Source: Piedraia hortae CBS 480.64
Lineage: Eukaryota
Reading direction: 5' to 3'
Length of the DNA: 45,699 nt
Assembly: GCA_010093745.1 (NCBI GenBank)
Contig: MU006042.1
Coordinates: 1-45,699, forward strand
Position 1 is the first letter of the stretch, and every line of letters begins with the position of its first letter. Shown here in pieces: positions 23,858-35,381 of the stretch. Under the pieces are notes generated by a model. It searched no databases. It was not told the DNA's origin and was given only the letters and a program-made list of their open reading frames with translations. Made by a program: the position numbers and the translations under genes.

Positions 23858-25110
23858 ATGGCTAAATACAATAGGGGTTCACAAGAAGATTTTGTCGCGG
23901 GTCACACAGCACGGCTCATTGAACGAGAAGCGTTGGGCTTCAGCAATGTCCTCACTCATGCCGAACATCGACCACAAAGGCTGCAAGGTCTACATTCAGA
24001 CCTTGACACACTATTCTTTAGTGATCTAAATCGATTATCACATCGGAAACAAAGTCCCAGGAATGGATCAGCTTATATGGATGCTCAGGCACGGGGGTCA
24101 CAGCAGAAGGCATCAGGCGGGAGCCGTGAATTCTGGCTATCGTGCTGTAATCAATCGCACAATCCCACTCCTGATATCCATCTTGTTCAAAAGAACCAAG
24201 GACAATTACGCTGCTCACTTTTCCGCCTTGTTTGGCAAGTTAGAAATGTCCCGTAACCTTAATGAACGGGAGCTGGGGGCTCTTCCGTTGCCTGGAAATA
24301 CAAGCGACTTTTCCTTGGCCAAGAAGGATGGCTTTGGTATGGCAGTCCGTGAGCATTGCGGTCTCAGCTCCCACATCCCAATCGCCATGGAGAGATTTTA
24401 TCGATGCTGCTTGGCTCATTTAATGCGTACAATGCTCTGGATTGGACGAAACGGAAAGATAATACCCGCAGAGTGACAGCAAAACTTCTCCCGGGGTGTT
24501 CAAGGTTTACTTGAGCAGCAGTCCTTTGACGACTTCTCCGTCAAGGTCGAGCGGTTCGCAAATGATTATCCGCTTGCGCAAACCTGGCTCCTCTGGTACA
24601 TCCAATGCGGCAAGTATGTCTTCCCGGCCAGCCGAACAGTTGGGTGTCCAAGGACACTAATGCCCTGGGATTCCTGGGCAACGATATCCAACGCCATGCG
24701 CCGCAGGCCCAGCTGTCAATCCTGCCATCAAGTAAATACTTCCTTCGGTATGTCGACCAAGTGACTAAGGATTTTCACTGGAATGAGGAAGGCGGTTCGC
24801 TGAGGTACCAGGGATCGGAGAAGTCGAGCAAGGGGGCGTGTAGATACGCGATGGCCGGCCACCTGATACCACGGAGCAACTTCTTAAGAAGGCGAAGACA
24901 GAGCGAAGACAGAGCCGGCCAAGGCTGCTTCATAGAGCTCAGCATCCAGCTTTTTCAGGGACATCGACTTGTGGTCGTTCGTCATCGGTTGGAACTGCCA
25001 ATATGGTCAGTTAAGCGCATACAACACCTGCCCGGTAGACACAGCCTTGATGGACATTTAACTGCTTACGAGATATGCCGGTCTGGTCGAGGCTACCAAT
25101 GATGATGTGC
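23858..25110 (+). mobile_element. Degenerate Mutator-like (MULE) transposase relic (copy 2), truncated in the protease domain
   Basis: Broken frames contain TIPLLISILF..YAAHFSALF, GNTSDFSLAKKDGF, RCCLAHLMR (CxxH), TWLLWY..YVFPA, KDTNALGFLGNDIQRHAP, DGRPPDTTEQL and YNTCPVDTALM. Confidence 0.75.
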
Positions 25111-26166
25111 TTCGGGAGGTGATTCATTCGATTGGCCGCCGCGAGGATGATAAAGTCCGGTTCTTGTGGACCCAAAAAGCACGGCCTAGCCGTGAAGGGC
25201 AAGTTTGATCTCTTTGGCTTAGTCTAATTTCATAAACGAGTCTAGTAACCATTTGTACGTCCATGCCACAAGAGCATAGCGCGGGAACCAAGACAGCTGC
25301 TGATCAGGAAGAAAACACGAGAAGATAACGAGTGCTTGAGCTCTGGCAGAGCATGAAACATGATAACATCTAAAGTGAAGAAAATCTTGGCCCTGAATGG
25401 CTCGTACTCTTCCCTCAGTAGTGCGTGCGTGGTTGGTTAGGTTATCGCGATGAACTGTCTAGTCACCAGGTTCGATCTCCAGCAACAAGTTGCACCATGT
25501 GGTAAAGCCTCTGTAATGATTACAGAGTCCTCGAGCCTGTCTGTTCCATTCCACAGGCGCGTGGCAAATCAGAACGCTGCGCTCCGGGCGCAATCGGGGC
25601 TTCCCCAGAATTTGCGGTGCAAACCGAGACTCTCGGACGATCCTTTGCCCGGACCGCAACTTCACAAATCACCGCGCAACTTCACTTCACCTTTCACTTC
25701 TACACAGCACGAAATGGATCTATGAATATTTATCTCGCGTCTCGCATCTCGCAATACTCGCCTTTATTCGCTCTTTCTGATGCAGGCCCTTTCTGACTCT
25801 GGGAGTAGATTATCTAGTCCATGTCGGCCACCTGCTTGCCCAGTTGCCCGACTCTGCCTTGGCCTTTCAAAATGCAACTTGTATCCGATGTCAAGTCCAA
25901 GCTTCGCGACCCGTCTTACTACACGTCTTCTTGACCCGGCCATAGCCGCTGAGCTCTGCGTCCTGAGGCCTCTCCACGCCAGAGGCCGGAACAGATCCGG
26001 CCTCATCGCCCATTCAATTTGCCCCTTGCGACAGTGGGTCGTTGGCCGGAACTCGACCGCTTCTCCATGTACTTAACACCGCCCTCCCCTCGTCCAAGAT
26101 GTTCTTCCGTTTCTTCCACTTCCACTCCAAGACAGTCATCACGTGACCTATTTTTATACACTCACT

Positions 26167-27723
26167 ATGTCCCCTTATCTCTCGTCTCAGCCTCCATCTA
26201 ATGGAGAGCAACATGTGGCTGCTATCAGGGAGACAGCGCCCTACATCGATGCTGATCCCGTGGTGCTGCCCAACTCTACGGATCCCTTCACCATCACAAC
26301 CTTGAATGGATTGTACGTCTGGATAACTGTACAAGATGCATGTAACTTACAACGTACAGCATGCCCACCAAGCTTCCAATTGTCCGTTTGCCTGAGGTCT
26401 TCGATCCTGTCACGAAGCTTTTGGAAGATATGCCAATCGTGAAGGAAGACGGCACCCCTGGGCTCCTTGCAACCTACGAGTTGGGCAAGCGCGTCGAAGC
26501 GGGTGCCGTTCCTGACCTGAATGACGAGATCGACAAGCTCGTCGACGAGGAAGGCAAGCATGATTTGCACATGGTGTCGGCCGTATTCCGCGACTATGCC
26601 TTTTTGGCCTCAGCTTATTTACTCGAGCCATGCTGGGAGACTTATGTCAAGACCGGTGAAGGATATGGCTTGGGACGAAAGCTATTACCAAAGGCTATTG
26701 CCGGTCCCTTGGTCAAGACTGCCAAGCTGTAAGTTGACCCAATATTCCCTGAACACAACCAACACAACCAGGCTTGACATTCCCCCCTTCATGGCATATG
26801 CCCAGGCGTACACACTGTACAACTACCGGTTTGCCAATGCAGCTGTTGGGTACGATGACTATAAGAACCTGCGACTCATCCGGGCCTTTGAACGTGGTCT
26901 CGACCCTTCTTCGTCTGAGGCTGGCTTTGTCCTGACGCACGTTGATATGGTCAAGCACTCGCCCGGGCTTGTCAAAGGCGCTGTTGACCTGCTTAAGGCA
27001 ACAGAGTCTGACAAACACGAGCAGGCTCAAGAGGCCCTTGATATGCTCCATGAGACTATGAATGACGTGGAAGACTCCATGGAGACAATGTGGGGTCACT
27101 CCAAGCCCAAGGATTACCTCAAATACCGTACATTTATCTTTGGCATCACCAACCAGAGCATGTTCCCAGACGGCGTTGTCTATGAGGGTGAGAATGGTGG
27201 CTGTCCAATGGATTTTCGAGGGGAGTCTGGAGCGAACGACAGCATGATCCCATTGTTGGATGGGCTATTGCAAATCCCTATGCCATCGAACCCCTTGACG
27301 GATATTCTCAAGGATTTCCGTAACTACCGACCTCGCCCTCACCGAGACTTCCTGGCCACTGTTCGGGAGCAGGCTGAAAAACTTAATGTGCGCGGCTTCT
27401 GCTCGAGTGACGTCGCCAGCACTGTACGATATCTACGCCTTCTCAACCACGTGCGCAGTTTCCGATGGCGACACTGGACGTTCACCCGCGAATATATTAT
27501 CAAATACACTAAACACCCCACAGCTACTGGCGGAAGCCCCATCATCCGCTGGTTGCCAAATCAGCTGACAGCCGTCATGGATCTCATGTGCGAGATTTGG
27601 GACGGGATCAAGATCAAGGATGGTATTGATAAGACGACGGTGGCAATGATGGATGAGGTGTCTGATCAGCGCATCAAGCTTGCCAAGGAGGTTCAAAAGT
27701 ATTGTCAAGAACGAGGGCAGTAA
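26167..27723 (+). CDS. Indoleamine 2,3-dioxygenase, fungal gamma type (IdoC-like), 488 aa, 3 exons
   Basis: Exons 26167-26312, 26360-26728, 26772-27723. Motifs NGF-MP, FRDYAFLASAYLLEPC, SEAGFVLTHVDM, FRGESGANDS, FRWRHW (proximal His) and TGGSPIIRWLPNQL. Confidence 0.9.
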
Positions 27724-28502
27724 GCTCGCCTGAAGGTTCAAAAGCATTGCCAGGAATAAGGATAGTAGGCATCTTATTGTAAAAAGTCACTCAGTTATCA
27801 GATGTTGTTCGTACCAAATCCGTTCGACTCTCCCTCGCAGCCAAAGTAGATGCAATCCATTATGCCAGGATCAGCGATTGGAGCTCCCAGATGACGACTG
27901 AACTCGTGTTACCTGCTTGCATGGATGACACGTGCATACGAGACTGACCGCCTGACAATGTCAACGCCATGCGGAGTTGCTTTTTGAAGACAGCATCTAA
28001 ATTGGTAAAATATGTTCTCGTGTTCCTGACTTGCTCCAGGGGTAAGCCCGGCATTGTGAATGCTTCTTAGGTACCAGCGACCACGGTGGCAATAATGTCA
28101 TTGTCTAAGCACAAAAAAGCGCCTATAAACGCCAAGAGTCAACTGCTGCATGCACCGGCCGGAAACTTTACCGTACTGACGATTAGTTAACAAGGTGGGA
28201 GCAGCACCTTTGCACAATGTGTTTGTGATTCTGAATAACCAACAACAAGTATTCTCGACACCCTGCTCAGGGGCGTCGATCAATCGCCTCACGGCAACCC
28301 GCAAAACAGCAATATCTGGGTTTGCAGTAGTGGAGGTCCGTTTCATGACGGCATTGGCTGCCAGGAGGAATTGGAAGCCTGTTTGAGCCAAAAACAATAA
28401 GAGTTTTACGTCATTCTACTTTGAATGGCGTCCAAGGGGGCATAAAAGGTAACGTCGAGGAGATTCCACTTTCTTTTGTGCGTCGTGAGCAAGAGACTAA
28501 GG

Positions 28503-29333
28503 ATGTCGCAGTTCAAAGTTCCAGAGGCGGACATCTATTACGAGACTTACGGCAGTGGAGATCCAGTACTGATCTGCGTTTCCGGCGCCAATGGGTCGTG
28601 TGAATTTTGGCGGGACATGGCCAAAGCCCTCACGAATGGGGGAAAGGGCACCGTGATCCTTTATGACAGACGTGGCTTCGCACGCAGTGGCTTGACTGCA
28701 GCGCAAGATTACGCGCATCGTCTAGACGTTGACGCCGACGACGTGCAGCGTTTGGCCAAACACGTCTCCCCTCATTGTCCGGTCAACGTTGTCGGATCGA
28801 GCTCCGGGGCGATTGTGGTTATTCGCGCGCTAGAGCGGCATCCAGAAGCATTTGAGCACGTGCTCATCCACGAGCCTCCAGCCATGAGGTTGTTGCCGGA
28901 TGGCGAAGAGTTGCGGAAGAACCAGCAGCACGTGTATCAACTGTACCTCGAGGGCGGTGTGATTGTGGCCATGCAAACATTCGCAAAGCTTGTCAAGATC
29001 TCACCCAAAGAGCTCCAAGCACTGATCCCGAGTCCGTCATCGGCCCCCGACCCATATCGAGTGGGCAACATGACCTACTGGTTCGATCGAGAGATGCTCG
29101 TTTACCCGAGGGCAGACATTGATATCAAGAAGATGGAGAACCAAAAGAAACGCGTGCGCCTCCTCATCGGCAGCGAGTCCAACGAGGAGGGTATGCAGTA
29201 TCGTGCAAATGTGGAGCTGTCACACAAGCTAAATCTGCCCCTTCATAAGGTACCGGGAGGACATTGGGGTTATCAGACCGATCCCAAAGAATGGGCGAAC
29301 AAACTACGTGACGCGATGCGGTCGGCGAATTGA
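28503..29333 (+). CDS. Alpha/beta-fold hydrolase (esterase/acetyltransferase-like), 276 aa, intronless
   Basis: First ATG at 28503 (MSQFKVPEADIYYETYGSG). Motifs YDRRGFARS, nucleophile elbow GSSSG, HEPP and C-terminal catalytic His in PGGHWG. Confidence 0.88.
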   Translation: MSQFKVPEADIYYETYGSGDPVLICVSGANGSCEFWRDMAKALTNGGKGTVILYDRRGFARSGLTAAQDYAHRLDVDADDVQRLAKHVSPHCPVNVVGSSSGAIVVIRALERHPEAFEHVLIHEPPAMRLLPDGEELRKNQQHVYQLYLEGGVIVAMQTFAKLVKISPKELQALIPSPSSAPDPYRVGNMTYWFDREMLVYPRADIDIKKMENQKKRVRLLIGSESNEEGMQYRANVELSHKLNLPLHKVPGGHWGYQTDPKEWANKLRDAMRSAN

Positions 29334-29360
29334 ATTAGATACGAATGTTGCACATGCATT

Positions 29361-29830
29361 AGATAAAGGTACCAAAGATGCAGCGTAGCCCTGACAGCCA
29401 CATGGGCATGCGGGGGGCTAGCTTCCTCAAGAATTCTAGCGTCATGTAGATAAGTGCGGGGAAACTCGCATCATGTGAGGGGTTGATCCGCCGCTCTACG
29501 TTTGTGTGAGCAAATCCTGAGGCTGCATGATGGCGTGGTCTATGATAAGACGACGCCTTTGTGCCATCTCGGGGTTAGTCGGCTTCTCCCGGCGGCAAAG
29601 CTTTCACAGGCAGGTAGATGTGAACCATACTGTCCAACAGAGTCAGACCCGTTGGTGAACTCTGATAAGGTCAGAAACGCAGGCCGGGGGTTGATGGACG
29701 TTATTGGCCGAGATTCGACAGCCGCTAAATGGCCCTTGCTCGGGCCAACTCCACAATGGCTGACTTGCATCCTGACTTGCCCGTTTTGGTATAGTTTGTC
29801 CCCGCGCGTCCGTTGTACTGCAATTGATAA
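29361..29830 (+). promoter_or_regulatory. Cluster of GATAA (AreA-type) and SYGGRG (CreA-type) motifs upstream of PTR2
   Basis: GATAA at about 29362, 29449, 29544, 29664 and 29826, all on the + strand. SYGGRG at about 29410, 29456, 29684 and 29800 (reverse). Confidence 0.5.
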
Positions 29831-29897
29831 CCGCCTCGGTTCGCTTTGGTTCATCTCTTCTGTCCTTCCCTTCCCTCGAACTGTTCCGTAACGCGGT

Positions 29898-31704
29898 ATG
29901 GCCCAACCTCACGAGGAAACTGCAGCGGAGCTTCACGCGACACTGAACCATCGTGCTTCCTTGGCGGGGCACAAGAAGTCAGTGGACATGACAGGTGCCC
30001 CGCTGTCGACCACTGAAAAAGGCCAGATGGCCGATGTCGAGCACGAAGTGACAGCTGACGGTGACGAGCCCAGTGAGCACGAGAAGGCAACTTTGAGGCA
30101 CTTGGGCGATGCCTTTCCCAAATCTGCCTACCTAATTGCCCTAGTCGAGTTGTGCGAACGTTTTACTTATTATGGTTGCTCGGGTATCTTCCAAAATTAT
30201 ATCAATAACAAACGCGATGGTTCGGACGGCGCCAGAGGTCTTGGCCTCGGCCACGCCGGAGCTACTGGCCTCAACACCTTTTTCCAGTTCTTTTGCTACA
30301 TCACGCCAATTCTGGGAGCAATCATCGCTGATCAATACATTGGGAGATACAAAGCCATTCTTATCTTTGCTGGAGTTTACTGGGTCGGCTTGATCATACT
30401 ATGGACAACTGCGCTACCTGCTGCTGTGGAGTCAGGCGCTGCTCTGGGCGGCTTCGTAACATCGCTGATCATTATTGGCTTTGGCACTGGCGGTATCAAA
30501 TCGAACATCGCTCCCCTCATCGCCGACCAGTACAGCCGAAAAGTCATGGCAGTTGAGACGCTCCCAAGCGGAGAACGTATTATCCGCGACCCGGCTATCA
30601 CTTTCCAGCGGATTTACATGATGTTTTATGCTTGCATCAACATTGGCTGCCTCTCTTTGCTGGCTACTCCCTTTATGGAGAAATACTGTGGCCATTGGAC
30701 CGCTTACCTGATGTGTTGGTGCATGTTCTGCATCGGCGTCGGCATTCTGATCTTCTGTCGCAATCGTTACGTGGTCCGCCCGCCCCAGGGATCTATCATT
30801 ACCGACTCGTTCAAGGCTATTGGCATCATGATTGTCAACCGCAATGCCAACGCCGCCAAGCCTTCCTGGCGCGCCGCCCATGGCAAGACCAAGCCGGTCC
30901 CATGGAACGATCACTTCATCGAGGAGCTCAAGCGAGCCCTCCGCGCCTGTAAGGTGTTTTGCCTCTATCCTGCCTTTTGGATTTGCTACAACCAGTTCAG
31001 CTCCAACTTCGTTTCCCAGGCAGCACAGATGCAGGGCCATGGCATGCCCAACGATCTGATGCAAAACTTTGACCCAATCAGCATCATTTTCTTCATTCCA
31101 ATCCTCGACAAGGTTATCTATCCTGTGCTACGACGAATGCACATTGAGCTCAAGCCCATTGCCCGCATCACCATCGGGTTCATCCTCGCTAGTTTGTGCG
31201 TCGCCTATGCTGCAATCGTACAACACCTCATCTACACGAAAGGACCTTGCTACGGCAAACCGCTGAACTGTCCAGCTGGCAAGAACGGTGACAAGCCACT
31301 GCCAAATCACATCCACATTGCCGTGCAGACTCCTGCTTATGTCTTTATCGGTCTGGCTGAGATTTTCATCTCAGTCACCGGCTTGGAATATGCCTACACC
31401 AAGGCCCCTGCAAGCATGAAGTCGTTTGTGCAGTCCCTCTACCTCTTTACGACAGCCATTGGCGCAGCAATCAGTGAGGCTTTTGTGCCCGCCACCGGAG
31501 ACCCCGCCATCATGTGGTAAGTCCTGTTCATCTATAAGCCTCTAAAGCAATCGCTAATAGATTACTAGGATGTACACGGGAATTAGCTGCCTCGCATTCC
31601 TCACAGCCGGCCTCTGCTGGGCTCTTTTCCACCACTACGACAAACAAGAAGAAGAAATGAACAAGTTGGATGTTAGCGACGACGAGAAGCATGTGGACCA
31701 ATAG
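29898..31704 (+). CDS. PTR2: POT/PTR-family di/tripeptide transporter, 584 aa, 2 exons
   Basis: Exons 29898-31516 and 31569-31704. Motifs ELCERFTYYG (ExxERFxYY), GTGGIKSN, FYACINIG and GLEYAYTKAPASMKS. Confidence 0.93.
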
Positions 31705-32027
31705 TTTGTTGAATCTTATCTGTATATACCCTGTCTTTTTTGCGTTTATAAGCGATGAATAGATGGTAATACATCACATCTCTACTGCATGCACCCTGTT
31801 ACGAGCGTTGGTATTACCAAGGCTATTTTCGAACATTGGAAAACTCGCGTGGTGGTATATACATCTACTGAGGGTATGAGCAATCTTGTGGGGACTAATG
31901 ACCTTGTGCCACTGGCAGCTGAACATTGCGCTTTCATTGCTGCACGTTCGCCTGCCACGATATAGTAATGTGCGATACAGTGCGCGGAAATGTGAGTTGA
32001 TACATGCTCAATATTTGGAGAATTGGG

Positions 32028-32081
32028 TGTTGGATTCAAACATCGCCACTAGCGCGTGTGCGGGGCACTTGCATAGCAAGT
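32028..32081 (+). repeat. 54-bp dispersed repeat, copy A (copy B at 45604-45657)
   Basis: 50/54 identical to 45604-45657 in direct orientation. Contains the hairpin ACTTGC-ATA-GCAAGT. Confidence 0.9.
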
Positions 32082-32739
32082 CAGCGATACCTCCTACACT
32101 ACCAGCTGCACCCTAGGTTTTTTTCCTTCACAAGGCTTTTTCCCTCAGGGTCATGTCATATGTGATATGGCGAATGCGCCCTGCTAGTGTACGACGTGAC
32201 GTCACCGGCCCACCGGTACAGAATTTTCATTCTGAACGTCCCCTCATTGAGATAGATAGTCATACACACTGTCATTTCGACACTCATATCGATACTGGTA
32301 TTGACTCATATCCATCTGCGTCTTTCCTGCCCCTGTTTTGTCAATTTCCGTCTATCGCTTCGTCCTCTTAGTTCGGGCCGCGGCGCACTCCCATCCACGA
32401 GAGGCCTATCGCTATGTTGGGAATTCAAGACTGGCCGGCTTTAGGGGGCTTGGCTAAGGTTCAGGCCATATATCCGGATTAGATTGAATGGCAAAGTTCG
32501 TGCTACTATATACGTACCAAAAATTCTACGTGAAAAACACAATTAACGGTTGTGCCATTCTTTCGATCGATGGTGTGCGAGGGAAGACGCATGACATAAT
32601 TAGGCTTCTGATTGGTTGGGTTTTGATAAACCCCGCGCGGGCCGCTAGCGCCCACAAACTTTTTCAAATTAATTCCCAATCAACGGAAAGCATTACTTCC
32701 GCCTTGGCTTTCAGAAGTTAAGTAGGAAGTAAAATCCAA

Positions 32740-33941
32740 ATGTACGGATATCCGTTCTTTCAACAGCCAGTAACGAAACAGTGCCCGCGGGAGCTCGTCC
32801 CAGATATGCACACCAGCCTGTGCCGAAAACTCCCAGGTCCGACTTTGGAAATGTACTCAAAGAATCTGTAGAGAGAGCTTGATCTGTCCATCCGACGAAT
32901 TACGGCAAAGCAGTCGTAATGATCCACTTCGACAACGACAACTGTGGCGGCCAAGCTTTAGAGACTGAGTTGGCTTCGGTTTTCTCCAGCATCTACGGTT
33001 ATCAAGTTCACTACTCAAAGCTGTCAAGTACAGGCCGTCCAACCGATACATTTTTCGACTTCGTTGAAGCCCTCTGCAAACTCGCCAGAGATGGCTATAC
33101 TGGAAAGGGAGCCTTATCAATCTTGATGTATTCCAGTCAAGGTGCCGTGGTGAGTAAGTTCTTTTGCTCTTTCCAGGATATGATAATCTGACTGACAAAT
33201 CTAGTGACGTTATTAACCACCGCAGCGAGGCCTTTGTCAGTAATGCCGTCGGCTGGAACGACGCCATGGCAATCATAACCGATATTGAGGGCGACCAGCT
33301 ACACATATTGAATTGCTGCTAGTCTGGGAAGCAGCACGGCCCCATGCCAAAATCTTGGCGGCTACTTCGGCCACAGAGCTCGGGTCGGCCTCGTTACCAA
33401 CTTGCTTCACCAGTGCCTTGATCGAAGAGCTACGAGCTGCGACTCTCCCCATCGCTGTTATACATCTGTACAGCGCGATCGCAAATAAGCGTGAGGACTA
33501 CCAGCTGGAAGACATACCTGTGTTCACCGCACGGACAGTCAAGCCGCTCATTGTTTTGCAGAAGGCCGATTGCCGCACACATGCCATGATGCCACAACTC
33601 ACGGAAGTTTCCCCACGTGTCATCCTCAATTGCCTATTCGAGGACGAATTCGCCATGACGGATGTTTCCGCCTTTGAAGCGTGGCTGTCAACCAACGTTC
33701 CAGCAGTGATTAGAGACATTCTTTGAATCAAGCTAGGGGAGGTTTTCCGCGCACAGTCAACCATGGTCCTGATATCCATACCCTTAGCAGTCTGGGCCAT
33801 TGTTTCTGAGGATCAGCTACTCAACTTCGTTGGTATGTTCGGTCTCGATATCCTATTCTGCAGTGGGCTCAGAAAGGCGTTCCTGGGTTGAGCATAAAGC
33901 CCCGTGGCTCGGAGGATGTTGCATTGAGCAGCCAAAAGTAG
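32740..33941 (+). pseudogene. Caspase-like (peptidase C14 / CD clan) fungal protein pseudogene; ends approximate
   Basis: Broken frames give HFDNDN..ETELASVFSSIYGY, LSILMYSSQG (degenerate YxGHG), DQLHILNCC* (degenerate ILDCC), ILAA..CFTSALIEEL, PRVIL..AFEAWLSTNVP and STMVLISIPLAVW. In-frame stops and frameshifts are present. Confidence 0.7.
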
Positions 33942-35381
33942 GTTGACGAGTAGATATCTGGCTGGAATGGAGTTCACGGAATGTGGAGACACGAGGTTGG
34001 CTGGCTGGCCCAGGAGCTAGACACTCTTATTAGTCCTTGTACTTCGTCCCTCACGAGCACCAGAGCTCCGATCACCTCCTCCATTATAACATGGCGTGAG
34101 GCTTCATCTAGCAATCTCTTTCCATAATCCCAAGTATGTGATCCTTGGTACGACTGCTAACTGCCTAAATTGTAGCTCACGCAAGCTGAGCTATATCATT
34201 TGTCGAGCTTTGATATAGCTTCATTCCTGCTGCAGGGGAAGGGGGGGGGAGGGGGCGCCTGTAGACCCCATTGGATGGATCCCATAACTTCCGTGCACGA
34301 TTTTGAGTTCAAAAGGCAATTGGATTTTGCAGCATCTCATACATCGGCCCAGTTCAACCTAAAGCTTTCGTAAAAAGTCAAATGTCTCGCCCTTCATCTA
34401 ATGCGTTATTTTAGTCGCATGGAGAAACTTGTGCGTTTGGTTAATGATATTATATTTGTGAAGGGCTAAGATCATCCATACAAAATGCACTTTAGCAGTT
34501 TTCATTGCTGAGAGGAACGGAATACATACAGTCAAAGCAATAATAAGACTGTTTTCTTCCTCTTGCAGCCTGACACGCGTACTATTCTAGACGTCTATCA
34601 CCGGATTCTTGTTAGAAGAACGCGGAGAAGACAATTCCTCTTGGCCTTGGCCAGGGGAAAGGTCTTCTTGCCCTGATGCCGCAAAAATATATTTTCTCAA
34701 TGCGGCTCTTGACGGGAGATGCTGGACCTTGCCGCCAACGGTCATGGCAAGGACAAGACCCACGATATTGACGTTAACGTGGGCAAGCGCGTATTGAATC
34801 GGTTAAAACACTCCTTTGTGGGTTGAAATATCCTACCAGTTTGCGCTAACGAATAGATTTCTTTGGCTTAATCCCGAATTGAACACAGTGGCGCTGCCCT
34901 AATCCTCATTAGCATTGCTGTCATACTTATTGTCCTGCAGACTTACATTCTTTAAGCTTGACCTTTACAGCCATGGCATTTTTTTCTTCTTCGCCACCGT
35001 GTTCTTGTAGAAGTCCAGGAAAGCAGTCTACGAAATGCCACACCGTACCGAGTAAATCCGGCTGGGTCGTCGTTCATAGTCTGCTACGGCGCGAACTAGG
35101 CTATTTTCATAGCTGTGTTGTGTGGTATCGTTTCGTGAGACCACTGACATCGGAGTCTTCCGTTAACCTCATTGGCCCTACATGGGGTGCAACCGGCGGG
35201 TGCGTATGCAAACCACTGGAGACACTCAAATAGAGCAAACTCGCTGTCGTAGGTGAAGCTCTCCAAGCTCATAGCTATCGGAATGAGTGAGGAATATACC
35301 CACCTCATCTCAACAAGCGAATAGTGGAATGGTGAACAATGTGAGTGTAGTTATCCATGATTGTGGGTGTGTGTCGAGAGG

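Noticed and set aside
25420..25490. tRNA-like B-box (GGTTCGATC at 25469)
   Set aside because: No acceptor stem, T-stem or cloverleaf pairing could be built.
27800..28420. Short ORFs between IDO and the hydrolase as a fourth cluster gene
   Set aside because: Interrupted frames, no motif and no convincing splice model; left unassigned.
32020..32075. WVLDS peptide resembling the Copia protease motif
   Set aside because: Lacks the following GAxxH, and there is no gag, integrase, RT or LTR context.
32028..32081. Helitron 3' terminus (hairpin + CTAG on the minus strand)
   Set aside because: Homology between the two copies continues past the CTAG and stops at the hairpin, the opposite of what a Helitron end predicts.
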